Shown: positions 34,210 to 43,304 of the stretch, in pieces
Layout of the letters: each line of letters begins with the position of its first letter
Numbering within the stretch: position 1 is the stretch's first letter
Sequence record: NC_105512.1
Origin: Escherichia phage JLBYU43
Length of the DNA: 64,000 nucleotides
Reading direction: 5' to 3' (one strand)
Notes under the pieces: model-generated
Seen by the model: the letters and a program-made list of their open reading frames with translations, nothing else
Database searches by the model: none
What the model was told of the DNA's origin: nothing
Translations under genes and position numbers: made by a program

Positions 34210-34969
34210 ACTGAACTGGAACGTAGAAGGTGTAACCGAGTCTCTGAAAGCAAAAGCCACTGCTCTGGGTGTTGCTGTAATCTCTCAAGAACAAGTAGCT
34301 GCTATCGCTGCTGAACTGGCCGCTGAAACTGGCAAAGATGTTACCGCTCGCTCTGTTGGCTCTAAACTGCGTAAAGAAGGTTTTGAAGTACAGAAAGCTA
34401 ATGAAGTACAGAAATCTCCGTGGACTCCTGAGCAGGAAGCTGAACTGGTTGATTTCCTGAACGCTCATGCTGGTCAGTATACCTATGCTGAAATCGCTGC
34501 TGCTGTAGCTGGTGGTCAGTTCGGTGCTAAGCAGGTACAGGGTAAGATTCTGAGCCTGGAAATGACCGCTTCTGTTAAGCCAACCGAAAAAGCTGCCGCT
34601 GTTCGTTCCTTCACTCCGGATGAAGAAACTGATTTTGTTAATCAGGTTGTTGCTGGTGCTACTATTGAAGCTATCGCTGCTCACTTCGGTCGTAATATCA
34701 AGCAGATCCGTGGTAAAGCTCTGAGCCTGCTTCGTGAAGGTCGTATCGCTGCTATGCCGGTACAGGAAACCTCAAGTGCTAAAACTCGTGAAGATCTGTT
34801 AGAAGGTCTGGATTTGGTTAACATGACTGTTGCTGAGATCGCCGAGAAAACTGGTAAGTCTGAGCGCGGTGTTAAATCTATGCTGTCTCGTCGTGGTCTG
34901 GTTGCTAAGGACTATGATGGTGCCGCTAAGCGTGCTAAACTGGATGCAAAAGCTGCGGCTGCTGAATAA
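34202..34969 (+). CDS. repeat-containing protein with four HTH-like repeats, host-like codon usage (possible T5 D5-like DNA-binding protein)
   Basis: Four tandem units sharing the pattern [hydrophobic]AEIAxxxG....R.VKS.LSRRGL; Ala-rich; E. coli-optimal codons. D5 identity is a guess from size and position. Confidence 0.6.
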   Translation: MSKLNWNVEGVTESLKAKATALGVAVISQEQVAAIAAELAAETGKDVTARSVGSKLRKEGFEVQKANEVQKSPWTPEQEAELVDFLNAHAGQYTYAEIAAAVAGGQFGAKQVQGKILSLEMTASVKPTEKAAAVRSFTPDEETDFVNQVVAGATIEAIAAHFGRNIKQIRGKALSLLREGRIAAMPVQETSSAKTREDLLEGLDLVNMTVAEIAEKTGKSERGVKSMLSRRGLVAKDYDGAAKRAKLDAKAAAAE

Positions 34970-34986
34970 TCTGGTAAATTAAACCT

Positions 34987-35018
34987 AAGGGGAGGGGGCT
35001 ATGCTCCTTCCCCTTTTT
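34987..35018 (+). terminator. intrinsic terminator
   Basis: AAGGGGAGG/CCTTCCCCTT stem followed by TTTTT, directly 3' of CDS 34202-34969. Confidence 0.65.
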
Positions 35019-35051
35019 GCATTTAGAAGGCACGAAAGCGTGCAAAGGAGA

Positions 35052-36524
35052 ATGACCTTGTTTAACGTGCAAGCTGTAGTGTTGAAGATGCTTCTAGCTT
35101 CTGAACAGAAGCAAATAGCATTGGAAACATTCTCAAAACTGCATAAAGATCATTTTAATGACGCTTTCTCCTCAATTTACCAAGCCGTCCAGAATTATTA
35201 TAAAAAATATAACACAATGCCGTCCATTGACGCACTGATGCTTGAGGCTAATAGGAACGCCCGTCTTTCTCAAGCTCTAGTCGTCTTAGCTAACACTCAA
35301 ATTCCAGAAGTGAGCATGGAACAGGCACTTGAAGTCCTAGAAGCAGAATATACACAGGATTTATTCCTGAAGCTTCTAGAAACAGACGTGCTTCAAGATT
35401 TAACAATGCTGGATCAGGGAGAAATTCTCAACCGAGTTGCCTCCCTTCACTTAAAATTAGAAGAGAAAGTAACGAATACTGGAAAAGTATTCAACGCAGA
35501 TAACATGCGTATTTTCCAGAGAGAAGAAGATACCAAACTGAACTTAATCGCTCTTGGTATTTGTAATGAGTTCGACGCTCAAATTGGTTTAGCTCGCACA
35601 GAAACGTTACTGCTTGGTGGTTGGCGTGGTACTGGTAAATCCATTATCTGTTCAAACATACAGGTTCAGCAATATTTGAATGGAGATATTGCTCCATACT
35701 TCTCAATTGAGATGAAAGAACATGAAGTATTTAGACGTAATCTAGCCATGTTAGCTGGTGTATCAGCATTAGCAATGCGTAATAACACTCTTGAAGGTGC
35801 TGCTCTGTTGAGATTAGCCAGAACTAGGGCTAGGATGTTTAATGGTGGTGAAGAGCTTTTCGATAACTTCGTTAAGCAATACACTATGGCTAAAATGAGT
35901 GACTTCTATGATATGGAAAGTAAACTCCTTGAAGGCTATGAGCTTCACACTCCTATGATCATCGTTTACGATCCTGAACTGTCTATTACGACTGTTGACG
36001 TAGAATTAAATAAACTAGTTGCTAAATATGGTGATAAGGTTACTGTAGCTCTTCTAGACTATATTAACCAAACAAGACTTCCAGATTCAAAGACCATTGA
36101 CATGTATGACTGGAAAGAACAGATGGTCGTTAGTTCATCTTTCAAATCTATCTGCCAGAAACATAACGTGGCTGGTGTAGCTCCTTACCAGATCGATCAA
36201 GATGGTAGAACACGTATGTCAAAGGGGATTCTTGATTCCGCAGACATGGCTGCTAATCTTAATGCTGCAAAAGCTGATAATGGTCAAGGTGCTATTATGT
36301 TTGACTTCGTTAAGACTCGTTCTTCTGATAGCGTGAAGTTTATGCCTAAAATGAACTGGGAAACTCTGCGAATGGATAACACTACCAACCTAGCAATGGA
36401 AGATATATCTCAAATGGAAGCTGAGTTCGTTATCCCTATTGAGAAGGATAAGCCGGCTCAACCTAAACGTGCTAAGAAAGACAAAACTGAAAATTCAACA
36501 GGTGAACAGGCCAGCGATATATGA
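35052..36524 (+). CDS. DnaB-like replicative helicase
   Basis: RecA-like core with Walker A GGWRGTGKS; start set at the ATG after AAAGGAGA RBS (MTLFNVQ...). The ORF-track start lies inside the terminator. Confidence 0.7.
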   Translation: MTLFNVQAVVLKMLLASEQKQIALETFSKLHKDHFNDAFSSIYQAVQNYYKKYNTMPSIDALMLEANRNARLSQALVVLANTQIPEVSMEQALEVLEAEYTQDLFLKLLETDVLQDLTMLDQGEILNRVASLHLKLEEKVTNTGKVFNADNMRIFQREEDTKLNLIALGICNEFDAQIGLARTETLLLGGWRGTGKSIICSNIQVQQYLNGDIAPYFSIEMKEHEVFRRNLAMLAGVSALAMRNNTLEGAALLRLARTRARMFNGGEELFDNFVKQYTMAKMSDFYDMESKLLEGYELHTPMIIVYDPELSITTVDVELNKLVAKYGDKVTVALLDYINQTRLPDSKTIDMYDWKEQMVVSSSFKSICQKHNVAGVAPYQIDQDGRTRMSKGILDSADMAANLNAAKADNGQGAIMFDFVKTRSSDSVKFMPKMNWETLRMDNTTNLAMEDISQMEAEFVIPIEKDKPAQPKRAKKDKTENSTGEQASDI

Positions 36525-37054
36525 TAACACAGGAAAGGCTAAAAGAGTTATTTGATTACTCCCCAGAAACTGGGGAGTTTACTAGAAAAGTATCTAGAGG
36601 CAATCAGAAAGCTGGGAGTATAGTAAATAGAAAAGACTCTAATGGCTATATAATTATTGGCATAGATGGCAAGGATTACAAAGCTCATCGTATGGCTTTT
36701 CTATTTATGGAGAATACACTGCCTGAAAAAGTAGACCATGTAAACAGAATACCATTCGATAACAGATGGTGTAATCTAAGAGATGCCACAGCCCAGGAAA
36801 ATAGTAGAAATAAAACAGCATGTAGTAAATCTGGATACTTAGGAGTTGCTTGGGATAAGAAAAATCAAAAATGGGAAGTTAGAGTCAGGGATTATTTAGG
36901 AAATAAAAAATATTTCGGAAGATTTAACTATCTGGATTTACAATCAGCTGTTGAGATAGCTAATAAGGCCAGACTACAGTTACACGGAGAACGTGCTGTT
37001 ATAGAGATTTTTGATATATATAATTATCCTGCACTAGAGGAGCTAAACTCATGA
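36521..37054 (+). CDS. HNH homing endonuclease
   Basis: HNH motifs (HRMAFLFM..VDHVNRIPFDNRWCNLR); paralog of CDS 12302-12850; wedged between helicase and primase with overlapping start and stop. Confidence 0.75.
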   Translation: MITQERLKELFDYSPETGEFTRKVSRGNQKAGSIVNRKDSNGYIIIGIDGKDYKAHRMAFLFMENTLPEKVDHVNRIPFDNRWCNLRDATAQENSRNKTACSKSGYLGVAWDKKNQKWEVRVRDYLGNKKYFGRFNYLDLQSAVEIANKARLQLHGERAVIEIFDIYNYPALEELNS

Positions 37055-37941
37055 GTAGAATAACAGAACTACTTGATCTGAAAGGCATCGAATATAAAGA
37101 TACAGGTGGTGATATTCTTATATGCTGTCTCAATCCAGATCACGATGATAAACACCCAAGTTTGCGTATTGATCCTGAAACAGGCATTATGCACTGCTTG
37201 AGTTGTGGCTTCGGTAAAGGTATACCGAGCATTTACCATTATTTTAATGAGACTCAGTACCGACAGTCTCCAAGACTATCGCAGGTACGTAAAAAGATTT
37301 CAGAGATTAGGAATGGATCTACGAATCTTGCAATTCCTGAATCTGCTTACCTTTTCGAAGGTGATTTCCGAGGTATAAGTTCTAAGACCTTGAAGAAATA
37401 TTTTGCTTTCCAACACCAAGCAGACTGGGAAGGCAGAATTGTATTTCCAATCACAGATGCTGTTGGACGTAATATCCTATTTTTGGGTCGTTCTATAAAC
37501 AGTTCTGCCCCTCCTAAATACTTAGTAAAACCAAAACAAGTTTCACCACCGATTTTCCCTGTACGATATAATACTCCAGTTCTTATCTTAGTTGAGGGTA
37601 TCTTTGATATGCTGAACCTAGAGGATAATGGTATAGACTATGCTTCTTGCTGCTTTGGTACACATCAGTTCACTTCAGATAACATTGCAGATAAGTTCAG
37701 TCCTTATATTATTGCTGGTGTAAAAGTTGTTGTTATCTTACTAGATAATGATGCTTCTGGTAATAAAGCTGCACAAGCGTTGGCCAAGTTAATTCGTACA
37801 AAAACGCGTTTAACACCTGTAATTGCTAACTTTCTCCTACCTGAAGGCAAAGATCCAGGTGATTTAAACAAAGATGAAATTGATATGTTAGCAAAACGTA
37901 TTGAAATTTTAGTTGCTGAATCGCTTAAAGATTTGGTATAA
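37051..37941 (+). CDS. DNA primase (zinc-binding plus Toprim)
   Basis: Zinc-binding CCLNPDHDDKHPSLRID...HCLSCG and Toprim-like LVEGIFDMLNL ... LLDNDASGNKA. Confidence 0.75.
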   Translation: MSRITELLDLKGIEYKDTGGDILICCLNPDHDDKHPSLRIDPETGIMHCLSCGFGKGIPSIYHYFNETQYRQSPRLSQVRKKISEIRNGSTNLAIPESAYLFEGDFRGISSKTLKKYFAFQHQADWEGRIVFPITDAVGRNILFLGRSINSSAPPKYLVKPKQVSPPIFPVRYNTPVLILVEGIFDMLNLEDNGIDYASCCFGTHQFTSDNIADKFSPYIIAGVKVVVILLDNDASGNKAAQALAKLIRTKTRLTPVIANFLLPEGKDPGDLNKDEIDMLAKRIEILVAESLKDLV

Positions 37942-37967
37942 TAGTCCTAAATAACTGAGGAGCTACT

Positions 37968-38297
37968 ATGGAATATGTATATATTTATGAGGATGTTCCA
38001 GTGTATGATAGTATAACACGCAAAGAGGTTAAACTAGAGCGGTTTACAACACTGGAGTCCCTTAACAAACGAAAGAATTTCCATTTATTTGGTGATCCTA
38101 AATTACCTGCATCTTATATTTACTTTAAAGTAAAAGATACAGGTCAAGAGGTATACCTAACATATGATTGGGCTGTTGTAGAAAATACTGAGCAATCTAT
38201 GAAAGCGCTAGATGCTTTTCTGCGTATAGATGAAGAATTTCGGGTACTAGAAAAGCATCGCAATGAAATGCGTAAATTACTTCACACCTATAAATAG
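37968..38297 (+). CDS. hypothetical protein (109 aa)
   Basis: ORF-track ORF with GAGGAG RBS. Confidence 0.5.
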   Translation: MEYVYIYEDVPVYDSITRKEVKLERFTTLESLNKRKNFHLFGDPKLPASYIYFKVKDTGQEVYLTYDWAVVENTEQSMKALDAFLRIDEEFRVLEKHRNEMRKLLHTYK

Positions 38298-38300
38298 TAT

Positions 38301-38329
38301 TTGCTATTATCCCAATATTTTGATATAAT
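38301..38329 (+). promoter_or_regulatory. sigma70-type promoter (TTGCTA-17-TATAAT)
   Basis: TTGCTA, TTATCCCAATATTTTGA, TATAAT upstream of the polymerase gene. Confidence 0.65.
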
Positions 38330-38390
38330 ATATTGGTAAGTTAGAGAAGAAACACTGAAGTTATACTTACTTACCAAGAGGAGATTAAAT

Positions 38391-40958
38391 TTGAAAATCG
38401 CAGTAGTTGATAAAGCTCTAAATAACACTCGTTATGATAAACATTTCCAGCTATACGGCGAGGAAGTTGATGTATTCCATATGTGTAACGAGAAGTTATC
38501 TGGTCGTTTGCTTAAAAAGCACATTACTATTGGAACACCAGAAAACCCATTTGATCCGAATGATTATGATTTTGTTATACTAGTAGGTGCTGAACCTTTC
38601 CTGTATTTCGCAGGTAAGAAAGGCATTGGTGACTATACTGGTAAACGTGTAGAGTATAATGGATATGCTAACTGGATTGCGAGTATCAGCCCAGCCCAGT
38701 TACACTTTAAGCCCGAAATGAAACCAGTTTTTGATGCAACAGTAGATAATATCCACGATATTATCAATGGTCGTGAGAAGATTGCAAAAGCTGGTGATTA
38801 CCGCCCTATTACTGACCCTGATGAGGCAGAAGAATATATCAAGATGGTGTATAATATGGTTATCGGACCTGTAGCATTCGACTCCGAAACCTCAGCACTA
38901 TACTGTCGAGATGGTTATCTGCTTGGTGTTTCTATGTCTCACCAAGAGTATCAGGGTGTGTATATCGATTCTGATTGTCTCACAGAGGTTGCAGTATATT
39001 ATCTCCAGAAAATTCTGGATAGTGAAAACCACACTATTGTTTTTCACAACCTGAAGTTTGATATGCACTTTTATAAGTACCATCTGGGACTTACTTTTGA
39101 TAAAGCACATAAAGAACGCAGGCTTCATGATACTATGTTGCAGCATTATGTTCTAGATGAGCGTCGTGGTACTCATGGCTTGAAATCTCTAGCAATGAAG
39201 TATACCGATATGGGTGACTATGACTTTGAACTAGATAAGTTCAAGGAGGATTACTACAAAGCACATAAAATCAAGAAAGAAGATTTCACTTATGATTTAA
39301 TTCCGTTTGATATTATGTGGCCTTACGCTGCAAAAGATACCGATGCCACCATACGTTTGCACAACTTCTTCTTACCAAAAATTGAGAAGAATGAAAAACT
39401 TTGCAGTCTGTATTATGATGTTCTAATGCCTGGTTGTGTATTCCTCCAGCGTGTTGAGGATCGTGGTGTACCAATTTCTATTGATCGCCTGAAAGAAGCA
39501 CAGTACCAGTTAACTCATAATCTGAATAAAGCTCGTGAAAAGCTGTATACTTACCCAGAAGTCGTTCAGCTAGAGAAAGATCAGAACGAAGCGTTTAACC
39601 CAAACTCTGTTAAACAACTCCGTGTTCTTCTGTTTGATTATGTTGGGTTAACTCCAACAGGTAAATTGACAGATACTGGAGCGGACTCTACAGATGCAGA
39701 AGCTCTGAACGAACTGTCTACGCAGCATCCAATTGCTAAAACTCTGCTAGAGATTCGTAAGCTGACTAAGCTGATCTCTACTTACGTTGAGAAGATTCTT
39801 CTGAGCATTGATGCTGATGGTTGCATTCGTACTGGCTTCCACGAACACATGACTACTTCTGGTCGTCTGAGTTCTTCTGGTAAACTGAACCTGCAACAGT
39901 TACCTCGTGATGAATCTATTATCAAGGGTTGTGTAGTAGCTCCTCCCGGGTATCGTGTAATCGCATGGGACTTAACAACTGCGGAAGTTTATTATGCTGC
40001 TGTTCTATCTGGTGATAGAAATATGCAACAAGTATTTATCAACATGAGAAATGAACCAGATAAATACCCTGACTTCCACTCTAACATCGCACACATGGTA
40101 TTTAAGCTCCAATGCGAACCTCGTGATGTTAAAAAGTTATTCCCAGCCCTGCGTCAAGCAGCTAAAGCAATCACTTTTGGTATTTTGTATGGTTCTGGCC
40201 CGGCTAAAGTAGCTCATTCTGTTAATGAGGCTCTTTTGGAACAAGCTGCTAAGACAGGCGAACCGTTTGTAGAGTGTACTGTTGCAGATGCTAAAGAGTA
40301 CATTGAAACTTACTTCGGCCAGTTCCCGCAGCTTAAGCGTTGGATTGATAAGTGCCACGATCAGATCAAGAATCATGGATTTATCTATAGTCACTTTGGT
40401 CGTAAACGTCGTCTGCATAATATCCACTCTGAAGACCGTGGTGTTCAGGGTGAAGAAATCCGTTCTGGATTTAACGCAATCATTCAGTCTGCTTCTTCTG
40501 ATAGTCTCCTTTTAGGTGCTGTAGATGCAGATAATGAGATCATTTCTCTTGGCCTAGAACAAGAGATGAAGATTGTTATGCTGGTTCACGACTCAGTAGT
40601 TGCTATTGTTCGTGAGGATTTGATCGACCAATACAATGAAATCCTGATTCGTAATATCCAAAAAGACCGTGGTATCAGTATTCCTGGCTGTCCGATTGGT
40701 ATTGATTCTGATTCTGAAGCTGGAGGTTCTCGTGACTACTCTTGTGGTAAGATGAAGAAGCAGCACCCATCAATCGCTTGTATTGATGATGATGAATATA
40801 CTCGTTATGTCAAGGGTGTATTACTTGATGCAGAATTCGAGTATAAGAAATTAGCTGCAATGGATAAAGAGCATCCAGATCATAGCAAATACAAGGATGA
40901 TAAGTTTATTGCTGTATGTAAAGATTTGGATAATGTGAGAAGGATTCTCGGTGCTTGA
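38391..40958 (+). CDS. family A DNA polymerase with 3'-5' exonuclease (T5-type, TTG start)
   Basis: 855 aa; exonuclease motif VAFDSETSAL; Pol A motifs (RQAAKAITFGILYG, HDS). N-terminus MKIAVVDKALNN matches the T5 polymerase as recalled; AGAGGAGA RBS before the TTG. Confidence 0.9.
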   Translation: MKIAVVDKALNNTRYDKHFQLYGEEVDVFHMCNEKLSGRLLKKHITIGTPENPFDPNDYDFVILVGAEPFLYFAGKKGIGDYTGKRVEYNGYANWIASISPAQLHFKPEMKPVFDATVDNIHDIINGREKIAKAGDYRPITDPDEAEEYIKMVYNMVIGPVAFDSETSALYCRDGYLLGVSMSHQEYQGVYIDSDCLTEVAVYYLQKILDSENHTIVFHNLKFDMHFYKYHLGLTFDKAHKERRLHDTMLQHYVLDERRGTHGLKSLAMKYTDMGDYDFELDKFKEDYYKAHKIKKEDFTYDLIPFDIMWPYAAKDTDATIRLHNFFLPKIEKNEKLCSLYYDVLMPGCVFLQRVEDRGVPISIDRLKEAQYQLTHNLNKAREKLYTYPEVVQLEKDQNEAFNPNSVKQLRVLLFDYVGLTPTGKLTDTGADSTDAEALNELSTQHPIAKTLLEIRKLTKLISTYVEKILLSIDADGCIRTGFHEHMTTSGRLSSSGKLNLQQLPRDESIIKGCVVAPPGYRVIAWDLTTAEVYYAAVLSGDRNMQQVFINMRNEPDKYPDFHSNIAHMVFKLQCEPRDVKKLFPALRQAAKAITFGILYGSGPAKVAHSVNEALLEQAAKTGEPFVECTVADAKEYIETYFGQFPQLKRWIDKCHDQIKNHGFIYSHFGRKRRLHNIHSEDRGVQGEEIRSGFNAIIQSASSDSLLLGAVDADNEIISLGLEQEMKIVMLVHDSVVAIVREDLIDQYNEILIRNIQKDRGISIPGCPIGIDSDSEAGGSRDYSCGKMKKQHPSIACIDDDEYTRYVKGVLLDAEFEYKKLAAMDKEHPDHSKYKDDKFIAVCKDLDNVRRILGA

Positions 40959-41448
40959 TTTCAAATTGCCCGTATATGCTTTACGGGCATTTGTATCAAT
41001 TGAGCAAGAAGGTGATTATTCCGTAATTACAACAAGATATAATAAATATGTGCTAGATAACAGGAAGTTGCCTGGTACGTTTTCTCAACGTAGGCTTATT
41101 CTATTTGAGAAACGGAAAGAATTACCATACAAGCTCTATCCTATTAGAGGTAGAATATCAATGTTGTCTCAATTAGTTGGGTCAAAGCGTAGCCAATTTA
41201 TAGATTCTGATGGAAATCTTATTAACTGGAAGAAAACTACGTTCTATGATGTTGTCACCTCTAAAGTTTTACATTCAGCTAGAATTTATAACGGAAAATA
41301 CCAATGCTATGTAGCTAAAGTTCCATACCCATTTGTATTATCCTATGTTCCAGCTTATATAAGCTATATTCTGGTAAATAATAGCCCTGTTATTTATCAA
41401 GCCCATCAAGAGGAGCCTGAAATTCCTAGACTTAGAATAAAATTATGA
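40951..41448 (+). CDS. hypothetical protein (165 aa)
   Basis: ORF-track ORF overlapping its neighbours by a few nt. Confidence 0.5.
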   Translation: MLDFKLPVYALRAFVSIEQEGDYSVITTRYNKYVLDNRKLPGTFSQRRLILFEKRKELPYKLYPIRGRISMLSQLVGSKRSQFIDSDGNLINWKKTTFYDVVTSKVLHSARIYNGKYQCYVAKVPYPFVLSYVPAYISYILVNNSPVIYQAHQEEPEIPRLRIKL

Positions 41449-42797
41449 AGGTTGTTATATCTAATAAAGCCTATTTCAAGCCCGATGATGAACTTTGGGA
41501 TTATTGTAGTAAGCAAACCACTTATCACATTGAGACAATGACTAGTAAATACCCTATTATGTATAAGAATAGTGGTGTTGTTGCCAAAGAGATTAAGTGG
41601 ATTCCTATCACGCGTCTGGATTTATTAGATGCTAAAGGAGTAAAATACGAATTAGTTGATAAACGCACACTAGCTCCGGTAGATATACCAAAACCTAAGT
41701 TCAAACTGCGTGAAGAAGACCAGCTCCCAATATATGAAGAGTGTGATGATACCTGTATTATTAATGGTAAGCCTGGATTCGGTAAAACTATCCTAGCCCT
41801 TGCACTTGCATATAAATTTGGCCAGAAAACTTTGGTAATTTGTACTAACACATCTATTCGTGAAATGTGGGCGGCAGAAGTTCGTAAATGGTTTGGGTTT
41901 GAACCGGGTATCATAGGTTCTGGGAAATACAATATTGATCCACCAATTGTGGTCAGTAATATTCAAACAGTGAATAAACATGCGAATAATCTTTCTAAAG
42001 TATTCGGTACTGTTATAGTTGATGAAGTTCACCATTGTGTGGCTACAACTTTCACTAACTTCCTAGAAATATCATGTGCTCGCTATAAGATTGGACTATC
42101 TGGAACATTAAAACGTAAAGATGGTCTACAAGTTATGTTCAAAGATTTCTTTGGATATAAGATCTTTAGCCCACCGGTTAATAATACTGTTGCACCTACA
42201 ATCCATAGGTACTCCGTGCCTGTTGAGTTATCGGGAAACCAAAACGTACCATGGGCATTACGTGCTAATGATGTGTACAACCATCCTGAATATCGAGAGA
42301 CTATTATAAATCTAGCACATTTATATGTGAATATGGGGCATAAGGTACTCATTGTAAGTGACAGAACAGAGTTAATCCAAACAGTACTAGAAGCTCTTGC
42401 ACAGCGTGGTGTTACAACATACGAAATTATAGGGGCAACCCACTTGGATGACCGATTAAAAATTCAGGAAGATATAGCAAAAGGTGGACCTTGTGTACTT
42501 GCAGCAGCTCAAAGTATCTTCTCTGAAGGTATTTCTCTTAATGAGTTGTCTTGTTTAATAATGGGAAGTCTCATTAATAATGAATCTCTCATTGAACAGC
42601 TTGCAGGTCGTGTTCAACGTATTGTTGAGGGTAAACTCGACCCGATTGTTGTAGATCTAATTATGAAAGGTGGCACTGGACTAAGGCAGGCTTCTGGACG
42701 TATGGCAGTATATCGTAACAACGGGTGGAAAACTATTACCATGACTCCGGAGAAAGCAGTTCAATTAGCTAAAATTGCATTTGGCAACAGCTCATAA
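41445..42797 (+). CDS. SF2 DNA helicase (DEAH-type)
   Basis: Walker A NGKPGFGKT and motif II VIVDEVHH. Confidence 0.75.
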   Translation: MKVVISNKAYFKPDDELWDYCSKQTTYHIETMTSKYPIMYKNSGVVAKEIKWIPITRLDLLDAKGVKYELVDKRTLAPVDIPKPKFKLREEDQLPIYEECDDTCIINGKPGFGKTILALALAYKFGQKTLVICTNTSIREMWAAEVRKWFGFEPGIIGSGKYNIDPPIVVSNIQTVNKHANNLSKVFGTVIVDEVHHCVATTFTNFLEISCARYKIGLSGTLKRKDGLQVMFKDFFGYKIFSPPVNNTVAPTIHRYSVPVELSGNQNVPWALRANDVYNHPEYRETIINLAHLYVNMGHKVLIVSDRTELIQTVLEALAQRGVTTYEIIGATHLDDRLKIQEDIAKGGPCVLAAAQSIFSEGISLNELSCLIMGSLINNESLIEQLAGRVQRIVEGKLDPIVVDLIMKGGTGLRQASGRMAVYRNNGWKTITMTPEKAVQLAKIAFGNSS

Positions 42798-42809
42798 ATG
42801 ATGTATAAT
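42781..42809 (+). promoter_or_regulatory. sigma70-type promoter (TTGGCA-17-TATAAT)
   Basis: TTGGCA, 17 nt, TATAAT overlapping the helicase 3' end. Confidence 0.5.
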
Positions 42810-42882
42810 ATATACATAAATTTGAGAGAGAGAAAGTTTCGGATTGATAAGAAAGTCCGAAGCAGAAAAATAAAAATTTTAG

Positions 42883-42912
42883 TTGCTAAATTCTCTCGAA
42901 ATCTAGTATAAT
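42883..42912 (+). promoter_or_regulatory. sigma70-type promoter (TTGCTA-18-TATAAT)
   Basis: TTGCTA, AATTCTCTCGAAATCTAG, TATAAT, leader ATACATAAATTCGAGGAG. Confidence 0.6.
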
Positions 42913-43019
42913 ATATACATAAATTCGAGGAGAAAACAAAAATTAAATTCTTCGATTATGAAAAGCTATACTTACTAGCTAGAGGAAATTCCGACCTAAT
43001 TATTAAGCTATTCAAAAGA

Positions 43020-43304
43020 ATGCTTACAGAGCCTGATGCTCACCAATTATTGGTCGGTCCCTCATTCATTTTGAATGAATCAACAATAGTTGATAATCCA
43101 AATAAATTGTCTAATAGACAACTGGCAGAATATCTAGGAATTTTAAGTCTACGAAATTATGCCGAATACAAGTTTACAAACGATCCTAGTCTGGACATGC
43201 AATATGTTCCAGTATGGATACCACGTTTAGTAATCGACACTAACCCACTAATCGCAATTAACAAATCGAAATTAATCTTTAAAGAGGAAATAAAATATGG
43301 CTAA
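43020..43304 (+). CDS. hypothetical protein (94 aa)
   Basis: ORF-track ORF; first sizeable ORF after the tandem promoters. Confidence 0.5.
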   Translation: MLTEPDAHQLLVGPSFILNESTIVDNPNKLSNRQLAEYLGILSLRNYAEYKFTNDPSLDMQYVPVWIPRLVIDTNPLIAINKSKLIFKEEIKYG

